64,000 bases of DNA from Callorhinchus milii (taxonomy: Eukaryota). Made by a program: the position numbers and the translations under genes. Below, piece by piece: positions 36,838 through 48,935 of the stretch (positions are counted from its first letter, which is position 1; each line of letters begins with the position of its first letter). The notes below the pieces were generated by a model. The model saw only the letters and a program-made list of their open reading frames with translations. It was not told where the DNA came from and searched no databases. The stretch spans positions 3,970,001 to 4,034,000 of the forward strand of contig NW_024704743.1 of the NCBI RefSeq assembly GCF_018977255.1, given 5' to 3'.

Positions 36838-37120
36838 GGTCTGATGCGTGCGGAAACCCATCACCACGTTTAAGAGTCTCCAAACCAAGCTGAGATTTCC
36901 ATGCATCCCACCTACACGTAGAAATCCCAGAGATAGGTTGTTGAAATGGAATTCACACTCTCTCCCTGGAGGAACGCATCCTGCTTAACTAATTCCAGAG
37001 AGTATGAAGGAATCGGTTGGCAAGAGCCAAGGATTGGGGAACCCAGCATGGAATTTAACCAGCTAAAAGGTCTGGAAGTTTCAACCAATACTAAGTGTAG
37101 TCTCCTTGACAATGCCAACC
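36838..37120 (-). mobile_element. Unclassified ~400-bp repeat copy
   Basis: gtctgatgcgtgcggaaacccatcaccacgtttaagagtctccaaa...aattccagagagta...ggttggcaagagccaagg. Confidence 0.7.
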
Positions 37121-40100
37121 AGTCTCCTCTTTTTCTTTCTCTCCTCCTAGCTTGGCATCCAACCCCTGCCACTGTAAAGTGCTTAGACATTGCCCTGCGC
37201 GAAGGGTAGTTGTTGTGCCTCAACGTTTGATAAGCAACACAGGAATAAAGGAAGTCGAGGCAAGAACAGACGAGCTTACTAAACACCCAGCTGAAATACG
37301 ATCTTGTTCATTCAGTTGTTTGTTACACTTCCCAACACATGCCAAGCGTAATTCTCAGCACCAGGCAAGTGGGTGATGTGTTGACAAGCCGAGGTATTTT
37401 CGTATTGAAGGCATGTTTTGTGATTTCTTACATAAAATATGATTTTCCTTTATCATACATTACCCGCAAATTTGTCTTTGCACATTTCCTCAGACGTGAC
37501 AGATTCTCGGAGCCCGCTGGTATAATTTCCAACAGAAAGCCAATCATTTTCTCTGGCGGAACACGCACTCTATCACGCTAACAAAGTCAACACAAGTTAT
37601 TATTTGGCGAGACGCCAGAACGTATTGCACAGAAAGGTCATATTTTTTAATAGCTTTGTACTCCACGGTAATCAAATTTGTAAGCCTGAAGAAATAAACT
37701 ACTTGAATATATCACATTGCTGCTGCATGTTTAACCTCTGGCTGCCTGCTTTTTGGAGTATTGCCTATTGCAGCTGTGTGGCAGGCAGGCAAGAGGGTCC
37801 CTGCTTGTTCCAGGAGGGCGTGAAAGGGAGCCCGATCGTTTCAGAGCCGAGACACAACATTGGGAGAGACTTGTGCGGTGATTATTTCAATTATTCAGGT
37901 GCTGATCACTTGCAGCTGTGGCTAAGTATCAATTCTCCACAAATGATCAGGCTGCTCCCGAGCTCGCGGAGCTTAAGGCTCGACACACCAAAAAAAAATT
38001 ACCCTCGTTTCTTCGTCTGAATCGTGTCTGTTGTGGGAGCGGAACCCGAAGCAGTTCTGACGGTTGGAAACAAATTCCAGCCTGGCTGGGGGAAAAATGA
38101 TCCATTACTTTGCCTTTCTTTCCCCAATGACAACTAGCATTTATGCAGCATCCTTCACATGGGGTAGCATCTCCAGCGCACTTTAAATAATATACAAAGA
38201 GAAACTTGGAGATGTTTTTTTCTTTTTTTTTGCCAGGAAGGATGGTTGAGGCCAGGCTACCGGACTCATTTAATAAACGGCTTGGTGCTCTGATGGGAAG
38301 ATGGTAGATTGGGTATTCTGCAAGGCTGAGATTGGATGGGGGGTGAAATGTTTCCTTCGTCCAAACCGATCTTGTGACTGTGCTGTGCGATCCTTTACTG
38401 CTTTGGTGAACAGAAGTTTGTGGAGTAAGAAAACTTGCCTAAGGCTTCGCCCCGTCCGGGAATCGAAAGCAGGGTTTGCGAGGCAAGAGCTCCGACCAGT
38501 ACCCTACAGGACTCCACGTCCTGTAGTATTACCTTAGTTCCTTTGACCATATTTATTTTGCGTCATTCTAATTCTGCTGACAGCTTACTTTGCGCTCGAT
38601 ATTAACTTGCGCTTAGATGCTCCATCCATCTTATGTGCTGGAGGAGGAGGTGGACATCAAAGAGAAGAGGTGTAAACATATCCGACTGAATACTAACGTG
38701 CCAGCAAGGTTCATAGAAGGGGTCTGTCACCCACTGATTGCGGTGGAGAGTTGTTACCAGGCAACGGGACATAAGAGGACAGGTATATAGGGAGGTGTGA
38801 ATTGTAGGTGCTGCTCAGATTCGTACTATCCAGTGAAACACCTAACTACCACAACTGCAGTAGTTTTTAAATTCTCATTAGTTGGCGAAAGAGAGAGAGA
38901 GAGAGAGAGAGAGACCTGAACTTTAAGATAATATTTGATTTAATTTGGAAGCATTTTTTTTGCCCCAGTTCTTGAAAAAAGGTTTTAAGATTAAGCCCAT
39001 GAGAACATTCATTAATTCTGGTGCCTTGATGCTACGTACGATGATGATGATAATAATAATAATAATAATAATCCTTGCATTTGATATAGCGCCTTATCAC
39101 GTCTTCGAGACGTCTCAAAGAGCTTCACAGAACATACTGTAAAGTGTAGCAACTGCGTATTTTGTGGGCGAAACAGTGCATTTGGTGCTGTGGCAGTGGA
39201 GGAGCTTCAAATAAGAATGTGTTTGACAGAAGTGTTGTGGACGGCTCAGCTTCCGAGATTATCAGCCACATTGTTGTTGGGCGATTGGCAGATCGCCTTT
39301 TGGGGGCAATAATCACTTCAAAAATAATAATAATGATAATAATAGTTTGCTCATTGAATCCACGACCGTTTACAAGACACCGATGTGCGCAATTGCAATC
39401 GGCTACCACGTTTCGTCAACAAAACGTACAGTCAGATCACTTTACGGTATATTCTGTGAGGCGCTATATGTTTTTCTGTAAGGTGTAGTGACTGGGTATT
39501 TTAGCAGCCAATCTGCAATCACACCGCACTGTCCCACAAACAGCCATGAAAGCGAATGGCCTCCTCTTTGGGGATCTGCGGGATTAGTTGGACGGGTCTT
39601 TGGGAGAAACTCTCCTCTCTTTTCAAACTGTGCCATGGGATCTTCACCTGACCAGCCGTTGACTGAGATCTACAATAAACCATGGAGTGAGTGTCAGGCT
39701 ATAGCTCGGTTAGGTAGGATTCTCCCTCTGAGTCAGAAGGTTGTAGGTTCCAGCTTCACAATGGAACTCAGTCTAAGCCATCTCTCCAGTGCAGTAGTGG
39801 GGGTGGGGGTGCCCTGTTTGGGTGGATGTTAAAGATCCCGTGGCACTATTCCCGACTAACATTCCCCCAAATAAGGATTGGTGACTCCTGTTTGTGTGAC
39901 ATTGTTGTGTGCGAATTGGCTGCTTCATTCACCTACAAAATGGTCATTACACTTCACAATAAACCCCGTGAGGTGCTTCGAGATATCTCGGAGACGTAAG
40001 GTTGCCTTATCAAATCCAAGGATTATTATTATTATTATTATGATTACAAATCTTGCGGATGGACATTTTTTATTTGCCGTCATCATGGACGTCTGCAAGC

Positions 40101-40899
40101 TTGAAAACCTTCTGTTCCGAACATTGCAGGGTAGGTAGGATGCTTCCATCAATACCGAACGCGGTCCCATCATCGCTCACCATCTTTGTGTGGAGCGCTG
40201 TACAGATTACTACACAGTGTAGCCCAAGGCCTTTCAGATTGGGAGGGTGAATTCAATTAAGGTTTATCTGCCGGTTGGGGGGGGGGGTTTGATGGTTGTA
40301 GAGTAGAGGGCGGGTGGGGGGGGAGCAGGGAGCGGGGTGAGTGCGGAGTGTACATTAGGAGCTGTCAGTACACAGAGCGTACAAAAGGCTGTCCATGGAA
40401 CCTACACGGGGAAAATAAATCTCCGAACGAGTTAAAATCAGGGAAAGACAAAACCCACTGTGACCGACATGTCTCTGTGCAATCATCAGTGGAACTAGCT
40501 ATTACAGCCAATTTAATAGCTTGAAAATGAACTCATTAGCGGGCTTTTATCAGTGGAAAAAGTCTATTAAATCCGGAAGTGTGGAGCAGCAGTACAGAAG
40601 CTCATTCCCATCCCACTGGTGACCTGAACAAATCAGAGAAATGCTTTGTAAGGAACAGGGTCAGGGATGAATGCTGAAAGATATTTTCTCCACTGTGCCG
40701 AGGCTGCTTTACCTTTCGGATTTCTGATGCAGTTCATTTTAATTCACATTTAACTTTCTGCACCAGCGTTTCCTTTCTTCTCATCCCCCACCCCACCCCC
40801 CCACCCCAGCCCCGACCCCCCCCACAACCTCACCCCCACCCGAAGTGGTCGATTGAGCTGCCGACGTCCCTTTTGTTACAGTTTTAAGATGCTGAACGG

Positions 40900-41296
40900 T
40901 TCCTTTTGAAGTCGGTGATCCTCGCTCTAGTGCTTAAATCCCTTCACGCCTTGGCAACCCCCCCATCTCTCCAACCTCCTCTCCTTAAAGCACTACCAAC
41001 TGCCTCCGCTCTACTGGCTCCGGCCTCCTCCTTGTCCCTCGAATCTTCCCCTTCACCATCGGGGGCCAAGCCTTCAGCCACTACACCCCAAAGCTATGGA
41101 GCTCCCTCCCTCAATCCCTTCGCCTCGCCCCCTCTTTCCCCATTTTCAGGTCGCACCCGAAGACATTCCATGTCGACCGTGCCTGCGGTCACCTTCCCCC
41201 TCCCCTTTGATTTGGCATCGGGCTCCGACATTGTTAAGTGCTCTGGGACACCACCCGGCGTGGAAGGGGCTATATAAATGCAAGTTATTGTTATTG
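40900..41296 (+). mobile_element. L2 LINE 3' remnant
   Basis: ILALVLKSLHALA-like remnant, gccttcagccactacacccca..., and tail ggctatataaatgcaagttattg. Confidence 0.7.
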
Positions 41297-42524
41297 TATA
41301 TCCTCCGAAGAGCTTTGAGACATCCTCCCGAAGTGTTAAGTGTTATTCTATTCTTGACCCACATTGCTTTTATGTTACTGCGTAGCCTCTCGGTATAAGT
41401 TCTCACTCGGCCCCAAAGGCAACCAGATGAACCAAAAGCTCATTCATACTGTGGCTTTGTAATGAGGACATTATACGTTGAAAATTAGTTGGAGGAGGTG
41501 GGGGAGAAATCCAATGTGTTCTCCATTCAGTGAAAGGTGATCTCAGCGGCAGCTGGAATAAAACAGACACGCCAATTACAACCTCAATAAAGAGACGACT
41601 CAAAATTATTTGCTAATAAAAGGATGCAAATTACTGTGCAGAGCTGTTTGCCCAAAGCCTTTCTTCAGTTGGTTGTGGCATGAACTGTAATTATAAAAGC
41701 CAATAACTGAATGTTGTCGGCAGCGCAGACTAGTTTGAGATGCGGGGACGGGAGAACATTCTTGTCTCAGTTGTTAACACCTTGGTCTTTGGGGCAGGAG
41801 GTTGTGAGCCTGAGCTTGTAGTCTAGGCTGGCGTTCCGGTGCAGGATTGGATGTCACATTATTGGGCATGATGTCCTTCAGATGAGTTGTCAAAACTTGG
41901 GCTGACTTGGCCAGCAATCCTCCAGATATAAATAATAATAATAATAATCCTTGAATAAACTCAGCGATCAGCTGTTTGTGGGACCTTGCCATTGCACAAA
42001 GCTGTTGTGTTTGCTTTCAAAAACAGTTCCCACGCTTGCTTAGCGTGAATTGCTTTCAAGGTGATTTCAAATACATACTCTTTATTTGACAATTTTTACT
42101 TGTTTGACTTAGGGAATCTTGCTCAACCCTCAAGAGATAGAGCGGGTGGAGTGAAGCCTGTGATGGTGTAAAGGTTTGGGTCAACTGTAGAGATCATTTT
42201 TATTTCAACAAAGAGAACTTCTCGACGGACCCGGAAGGTATAAGGTTTTCAGGCTTAGTCTTGATTCCGTTATCCAGTGCAAAATTTTTACTCAGTCTTG
42301 ATTTGAAAGCCGTTTTCCTGCAGTTTGCTCAAAACCAGATTTAAAATGACATTATGAATTTTCCAAAATTGTGAGAAATTGAATCCTCGGGTTCAGTCTA
42401 CGATATAGTAATGACTACATCTTTATATCATTACATTTTTCATTCCCAATTTTACATTTTCAAATCCCATCGTAGCATAAAAAGAGGCACCTGAGAGAGG
42501 ATCTTATAGAGGTGTATAAAAATA

Positions 42525-42900
42525 ACAAATTGTATTCTTATAGTGCCCTTCACGTAAGCTGGCGTCTTGGAATGCTTAACAGAGCCTGACGCTGAGCTAG
42601 GGGTGGGTGAGGGGGAGGTGACCATAGACACGGTCGAAGAGGAAGACATGATCTGAAAACGGAGAAGGAGAGGGCAAGGAGGAGGGATTGAGGTCCCAAA
42701 GTTTCAGGGTGTAGCGACTGAAAGCACGATCACCAATGGTGGAGCTGGGGTTCGAGGGAGATGTAGGAGGCCGGATTCAGTCGAGCGAAGGCGGCGGGTG
42801 GTGAAACGGGGAGTAAGCAGGTCGGAGAGGTAGGGAGGTGCCAGGGCATAGAAGGATTTGTAGACGAGTCGATCCATTCTGTGATAGGAAGCCAGTGGAG
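42525..42900 (-). mobile_element. L2 LINE 3' remnant
   Basis: LVYKSFYALAPPYLSDLLTP...RRLRS remnant plus tail. Confidence 0.75.
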
Positions 42901-43879
42901 ACTGTTGTGATGGGGGTACAGAGTTTAGACCCACCCCACTGCCCCCCCCAAAAAAATTGTTTTCGTCACTCAGTCCACGAACGTTTCCACAATTGGCTGC
43001 CGTGTTTCCCCCACAAAATACAGTCAATCCGCTTTACGCTATATTCCGTGAAGTGCTCTGAGATGTCTCAACGAGATGGTGAGGCCCTCTATCAAATGCA
43101 AGGATCATTATTATTTGACACAGCACCATTTACCTTAAAACTTGTCAAGTTCAAACAGAACTGGTCGCATAGCCCCCCCGGCGCGTTGAAAGCTCTCCTG
43201 CGGTCCATTGGAAGGCCAAGATACTTTCTAACAATAGAGTCCATCGTACCACTTAGGTGGCAGTGACCCACCTTCAGTGGAGTTAACCCACATCCCAAAC
43301 TTCAATCTTTTGTTTATTGTATTGCAATGAAGAACAGGCATGTATAACCGACTCCCGCTTCGCATCGCTCTGCCATAGGAAGCGAAGAGCTTTTAAACAG
43401 CGTAATAGATTATAGATTTGCAGCCGAGATGTCAGGAATATGATATTTGTGAAATATATGCCACTCCGCAGCACTTTTACCAGATTTATCGTCACTGGAA
43501 AAAANCGAGGCATTAGTGGCCAGAGTAAGTCTTTAGGATATCTACAAAAATGTCAATCTTGTTTGTTCAAACATCAAATAAAAAAAAGGGATGTTATAAA
43601 ACATCCTCACGGAACATTAACATTAACATTTGTTTTTCGGAACGAAATTCAGAGCAGTGGCTTCAATCTTATAACCAGTCCGAAGTAATTTGCCTTCACA
43701 TCTCGCCTTAAGGCTTTTCTAATCTTCCCTCATAGATTAAAGTCTATCATGTAGACACGACTCGTAACATTACACGGGGAGAACGAGCAACAGCATCGAA
43801 ATGAGATCCTCCACAAACAACACCAATTCCCACGCTCCGCACTCCTGTCTCGTTAAATGTAAATATATATATATATTTT

Positions 43880-44270
43880 TCGGTCAGCCGGGTGTCTGAC
43901 ACATACGGAAAACACATCACCATGCTTAAAGAGTATCCAAGCCAGAGTTCCATGCATCCCTCCTACACGTGGAAATTCCCATGTATCGGAACGGAATGGT
44001 GGAACGGTGTAATGTTACCGGCTGTCTCTACAGGAATGAACCCCGGTTCCCCAATTCCAGAGAGTATTAGGGCGCAGGTTGGCAAGAGCCAAGGTGTGAG
44101 GACAATAATCAGAGCCGCTGGAGTCTAAACCAGGTGGAACAACAGAGCTTGCCATTGAGAGCACTGCCTTGCAAGTGTCTCCCGTGACTTGTCCAGCTAG
44201 GAACACCCTACCCATTGGGGCTTTGGCTTGCAGGGTTAACGGGAGCCGAGTGGATTGACTCCCAGCCCTC
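43880..44270 (-). mobile_element. Unclassified ~400-bp repeat, best-preserved copy
   Basis: Minus strand runs gggagtcaatccactcggctcccgttaacc...cttggctcttgccaacctgcgccctaatactctctggaatt...gtgtcagacacccggctgaccgaaaaa. Confidence 0.75.
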
Positions 44271-44699
44271 ACCGTGAGTATTTGATCGGTCTGTTTCGAG
44301 ACAGTGCACGGAGGGCAGGGGAGGAGCGAGATGGCCGTAGAGATGGGTTTATAGGTAAACGGACACAGAAGGGAGAATGACACAGAGGGATTGAAGGAGG
44401 GACACTTGAAGTTATTTGGAAATATAATTGCACACCTTCATCGGTCACACGGATGGATTGTCCTTGCAGAAGCCTTGCTAGCTCAGCGTAATATTTTAAT
44501 GGTGTTTCTGACATTCGTTCAGTAGGACACGTTTGCTGCAATTATACACTATGAGGGATGCCGTCACTGACACTTCAGGACACGTTAAACCTTCCCCCTC
44601 CCCTTCTCTTAAACGTGGTCATGAGCTTCTGTGTGTGTCAGACATCGACAAGCTCACCCTTTAAAGCTAAGCGTCAGCCTGGCTGACTTCATCCCGCAG

Positions 44700-44913
44700 T
44701 CCCACCGTCTCGCCCCCAACCCACTTGCCTCCTTCTCAAAACCCTTCTCTTTGATCGTGCCTTTGGACACCGTTTTTTCCCCACCCCACCCCCCTCCCTC
44801 CCCCCTCCCTGATCCCAACCTCCAGCTCGGGTCCGAAACACTGATTGTCCAGCGCTTTGGGAAGTCCTCCCGACGTGAAAGGCGCTGTACAGATGTAACT
44901 TTGCTGTTGTTGT
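44700..44913 (+). mobile_element. L2 3'UTR and tail
   Basis: cagcgctttgggaagtcctcccgacgtgaaaggcgctgtac...tgttgttg. Confidence 0.75.
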
Positions 44914-45384
44914 CGGCTCAGTTGGCCGTACTCTAGTCTCAGCTACCAGCTGAGCCAGGCTAAAACCTATTAAGGTACTGTTAGAGCGATCCGCTGTTAA
45001 GACGGTTTTGAAGGCAAGGAGAGGAGGTGTAGACCAGAGTGATGGGTTGGGGAGATTTCGTGGAGGAGTGGCTGAACTATCAATTTCAGTTCGGGAAAGC
45101 AAGCTCTTTGTTGAGAGATTGAGAACCGAGGAAGGTTGAGAACTTGGCTCTCTCTTTCTGCAGAAAGGGAACTCCTGTGTCGTGCTGATACACTTTGTTT
45201 TATGGTCAGCCGGGTGTCTGACACGTGCGGAAACCCATCACCGCGCTTAAGAGTCTCCAAATCTTTGCCAATCAGAGATGAGCTGCATTGAGCATCCGTT
45301 TTTTAGGTGGCAGCATCCGGTACCCTGATCCTGTGTCTTGGTGTGAGGGGAGCCTGTGGGCAGACTCTTTTAATAATGACATAA

Positions 45385-45709
45385 TCATGATAATTGCATT
45401 TGATATAGCGCCTTATCACGCCATTGTGACGTCTCAGAGCGCTTCACAGAATATACTGTAAAGTGTAGTGACTGTGTATTTTGTGGACGAAACGCGGCAG
45501 CCAATTGCGTACGTTAAGTGTCCCACAAATAGACTTGGATTGAGTGACCAAATTTTTTTTTTTTTTTAGATTTATTATTTTTTCTTGATGAAGGGATTCG
45601 TTAGGTGTGGAGTGAGGAAACTTGCCTAAGGTTTCGCCCTGCCCGGGTATCGAACCCGGGTCCTCTCGCTTGCGAGGCGAGTGCTCCGACCAATACACGA
45701 AAGGACTCC
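45385..45709 (-). mobile_element. Young SINE, full length
   Basis: Tail to head ...tcgaacccgggtcctctcgcttgcgaggcgagtgctc...ggactcc. Confidence 0.88.
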
Positions 45710-46204
45710 GAACGGGCAGGTGTTGAATAAAGCTATCAGTTCAACACAAACATGTGAGCCGTAGCAAGACTCCTAGAATTCCACATAACAAATAAAAATC
45801 ATTGTGAAGAATAAAACCAGACTTAATAGAACCGCTACAAATCAGTATCCTTCTCGGAACAATGGTCCACCCTCTGGTTTGCTGCGATCAGGCAGTGGCA
45901 GCCCATGTTTTAAGGTGCAAGAAAATAGACGAACCATTTAAACTACAACAATAGCATTTATATAGTGCCTTTCACATTGGGAGGATGTTCAGAACATTCC
46001 AAATAACAGCCTATTTTATTCTGTGCGCCATCGGCTGCCACCGTTCGCCCACAAAACAAAACAATTCACTTTACGCTGTGTTACAGTATATTCTGCGAAG
46101 CGCTTTGATCCGTCTCGAAGACGTGGCAAGGCGCAACATCAAATGCAAGGATAATTATTATTATCGTTCCAGTATTATTCCTGTATTATTATTATTATTA
46201 TCCC

Positions 46205-46428
46205 GGAGTCCTGTAGCTCAGTGGTTAGAGCGCTCGCCTCGCAAGCGAGAGACCTGGGTTCGATTCCCGGCAGGGCGAAACCTTGGGCAAGTTTCCTTAC
46301 ACCACACGCTTGATAATAAACCTTGAAAAAAAATTCACTATACAGTCTATACAGTGAAGCGCTTTGAGACGTCCAGAAGACGTGAAAAAGCGCCGTATCA
46401 AATGCAAGGATTATTATTATTATTATTT
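46205..46428 (+). mobile_element. Young SINE with intact tRNA-Ala-like head and internal deletion
   Basis: A box TAGCTCAGTGG, anticodon arm ctcgc-ctCGCaa-gcgag, B box GGTTCGATTCC; follows directly on the tail of another copy (46020-46200). Confidence 0.9.
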
Positions 46429-47353
46429 ATTTTTTTAGTCACAAGCCATCACAGATCGCCCGCCAATGCCCGAGGTGATCAGTTGTGGACCCCGGAAAGA
46501 TTTTTGAGGCGTCCTCCTGACGTCAAAGGCCCTGGATCAAACAGGGAGGATTTTATTATCGTGCGCTTAGTGAATTGTGAGCCCGTATGGATTCAAGTAA
46601 AGTTCACGAAAGCCACGGCAAGGAATCCGAACTGTTGCTTTGCAGTGCAGTTAACGTTATGTCGCAAACACAGCAGCTAATCTGCCCGAGAAAGGTCCTT
46701 CAGAGATCCCGAATGACCGGACAGAACCTCAGCTTAACATCTCAGTCAGAAGCCGTCACCTTCCTCATTGACCTTCAGTCCTGCACAGCTCTGGAGAGTC
46801 AGCCCTTGTCTATCGTTCACCTCCTTGTTTCAGCGTTTGCTGTGTTTAACACCGTAAGGCACGCAAAGTCAGCAAATCCAATTTGCAGTCGTGACGCGAA
46901 TCTGACTGCTCCGCAAACAAGAGTTAAAAGCCCAAATTGGGGAAGAAAAAAAAAAGACGACCTCTGGAAATTCATTGCTAAAGTCTGTGCCTCGTTCCTC
47001 AGTAAAGATGGAAGCGCTAGTGTCTGCCAAGGCACACGTTTCCATGTCGGTGCATCCCATTATATTCCTGCGTGATTCGCTCTGACTGGGATTAACACGA
47101 CTCGCTGTACCTCTACAATGTCTTCCTCTGAGTTGGACAGCTCTGGTACTGTAACATAAACAGCCAAAGTGATGAGGAGCAATATTTTATATTTCCTGGA
47201 GTCTGACTCGCCTAATCTAACCCTACTTAGCGCTTGTACTTAAGAGACTTGTCGCAAATGTTGCACTTGGCGCCGCAATGATCTGAGACATTGGCTTTTC
47301 GGTCTCGTGCATTCCTTCCTGATGCTGCTTCCAAAAGGCAAGCTAACAATGTT

Positions 47354-47545
47354 AATAATAATAATAATAATAATAATCCTTGCTTTTGATACAGCTCCTT
47401 AGCACGTCTTCGAGACGTCTCGAAGCGCTTCACAGGATATAATGTAAAGTGAATTGGCGGTATTTTGTGGATGAAACGCGGCAGCCAATTGCGCACAGCG
47501 GCGTCCCACAAACCGTCGTGGATTGAGTGACCGAATTATGATTAT
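47354..47545 (-). mobile_element. Young SINE, 5'-truncated
   Basis: Tail with acgtcttcgagacgt hairpin and 3' body. Confidence 0.9.
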
Positions 47546-48045
47546 TATTATGAGATAAACTATAACCGAAAAAGGTGACAATTGTGATAGAAAACGGTGT
47601 TCAACATAATTAGTCGGCCTGACACTTGCAATAAATACCAAGCACGTGCTAAAAGGCGGCGGAGTCAATTTAGGTGTACATTTGCACAGCGTAATGTACA
47701 TTTAGCCCCTTCCACATCTGAGATACCACAACTGTCACCGACTGGCAGTGACACGTTTGCCTGATATGTCAGGTTGCAGGTTCAGTTCTCAGCAGTTCTC
47801 CAGTTTAGTGTGCGTGCAGGTGCTCACATTAAATCATTCTGAACCACCAAATGCTTCCTGATTCTGCGGAGGTCTTAAGTCAAAAGCCTTTAAGTGAAGG
47901 ATCCAACGTTTAATTCAATTCAATTTTGGTTGAACTCAGTTTTTATTAAACAAGACACATTGATGCCCGCTTCGCCAAAGGCAATTTCAGACGCACAGTA
48001 AACGAGGCACAAGGAGAAGAGAGACAAGATGAAAATACAAAGCAA

Positions 48046-48218
48046 GACTGTTAGAAGTGCTGTTGAGATTGAATTTAAAATACAGTTTGACACTTCCCAC
48101 CGGACAGGTAGCGGGAAGCTTGTCAGACAGTGCTTTCGATGGCAAGTTGTGTGTTTTTATTTGGTTAAACTCCAGCGTATTCTGGGGTCCCCAAATCTTG
48201 GTTCTTGCCAACCTGTGC
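48046..48218 (+). repeat. 173-bp segment duplicated at 48745-48917
   Basis: Base-by-base reading shows two substitutions between the copies. Confidence 0.95.
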
Positions 48219-48384
48219 TTTAATACTCTCCAGAATCAGACAAGCACCGTGTGTGTCTATCCATAGGTGAGACTCTATCGGGTTTGGATCCCCTTTTAAG
48301 CGTGGCAATGGGTTTCACAAGTTTCAAAACAAAAGCGTTTAACCTTGAAATTCAACTAACCAACTGTCTTTAAGATATTATCGT

Positions 48385-48935
48385 GGAGTCCTGTAGCTCA
48401 GTGGTTAGAGAAATCGCCTCGCAAGCGAGAGACCTCGATTCAATTCCCACAGGTCAAAATGTTGGGCAAGTTTCCTTACTCCACACGCCTCTGTTTGCCC
48501 AGCAGTAAGTAGGAACCCTGTTGTTAGTCGATTGGCGGATCGCTTTTCCAGGGGTAATAATTCCTACGAAAAAAATAATAATAAATTGGTCACTCAATCC
48601 ACCACTGTTTGTGGGACGCTGCTGTATGCAATTGGCTGCCGAGTTTCTCCCACAAAATATACAGTCAATTTAATTTACAGTAGTAGTCTGTGAAGTGCTT
48701 TGAGATGTCTCGAAGACGTGATAAGGCGCTATATCAAATGCAAGGACTGTTAGAAGTGCTGTTGAGATTGAATTTAAAATACAGTTTGACACTTCCCACC
48801 GGACAGGTAGCGGGAAGCTTGTCAGACAGTGCTTTCAATGGCAAGTTGTGTGTTTTTATTTGGTTAGACTCCAGCGTATTCTGGGGTCCCCAAATCTTGG
48901 TTCTTGCCAACCTGTGCCAAGATTATTATTAATAT
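48385..48935 (+). mobile_element. Young SINE, full length, tail interrupted by the 173-bp duplication
   Basis: Head at 48385; tail ...atcaaatgcaag|insert|caagattattatt. Confidence 0.92.

Noticed and set aside
44200..44270. HDV-like ribozyme at the 5' end of the unclassified repeat
   Set aside because: The gggagtc/gctccc stem encloses only about 10 nt, too few for P2, P3 and L3.
46205..46278. tRNA-Ala gene
   Set aside because: It continues directly into SINE body and tail sequence and recurs many times in decayed form; it is a SINE head.
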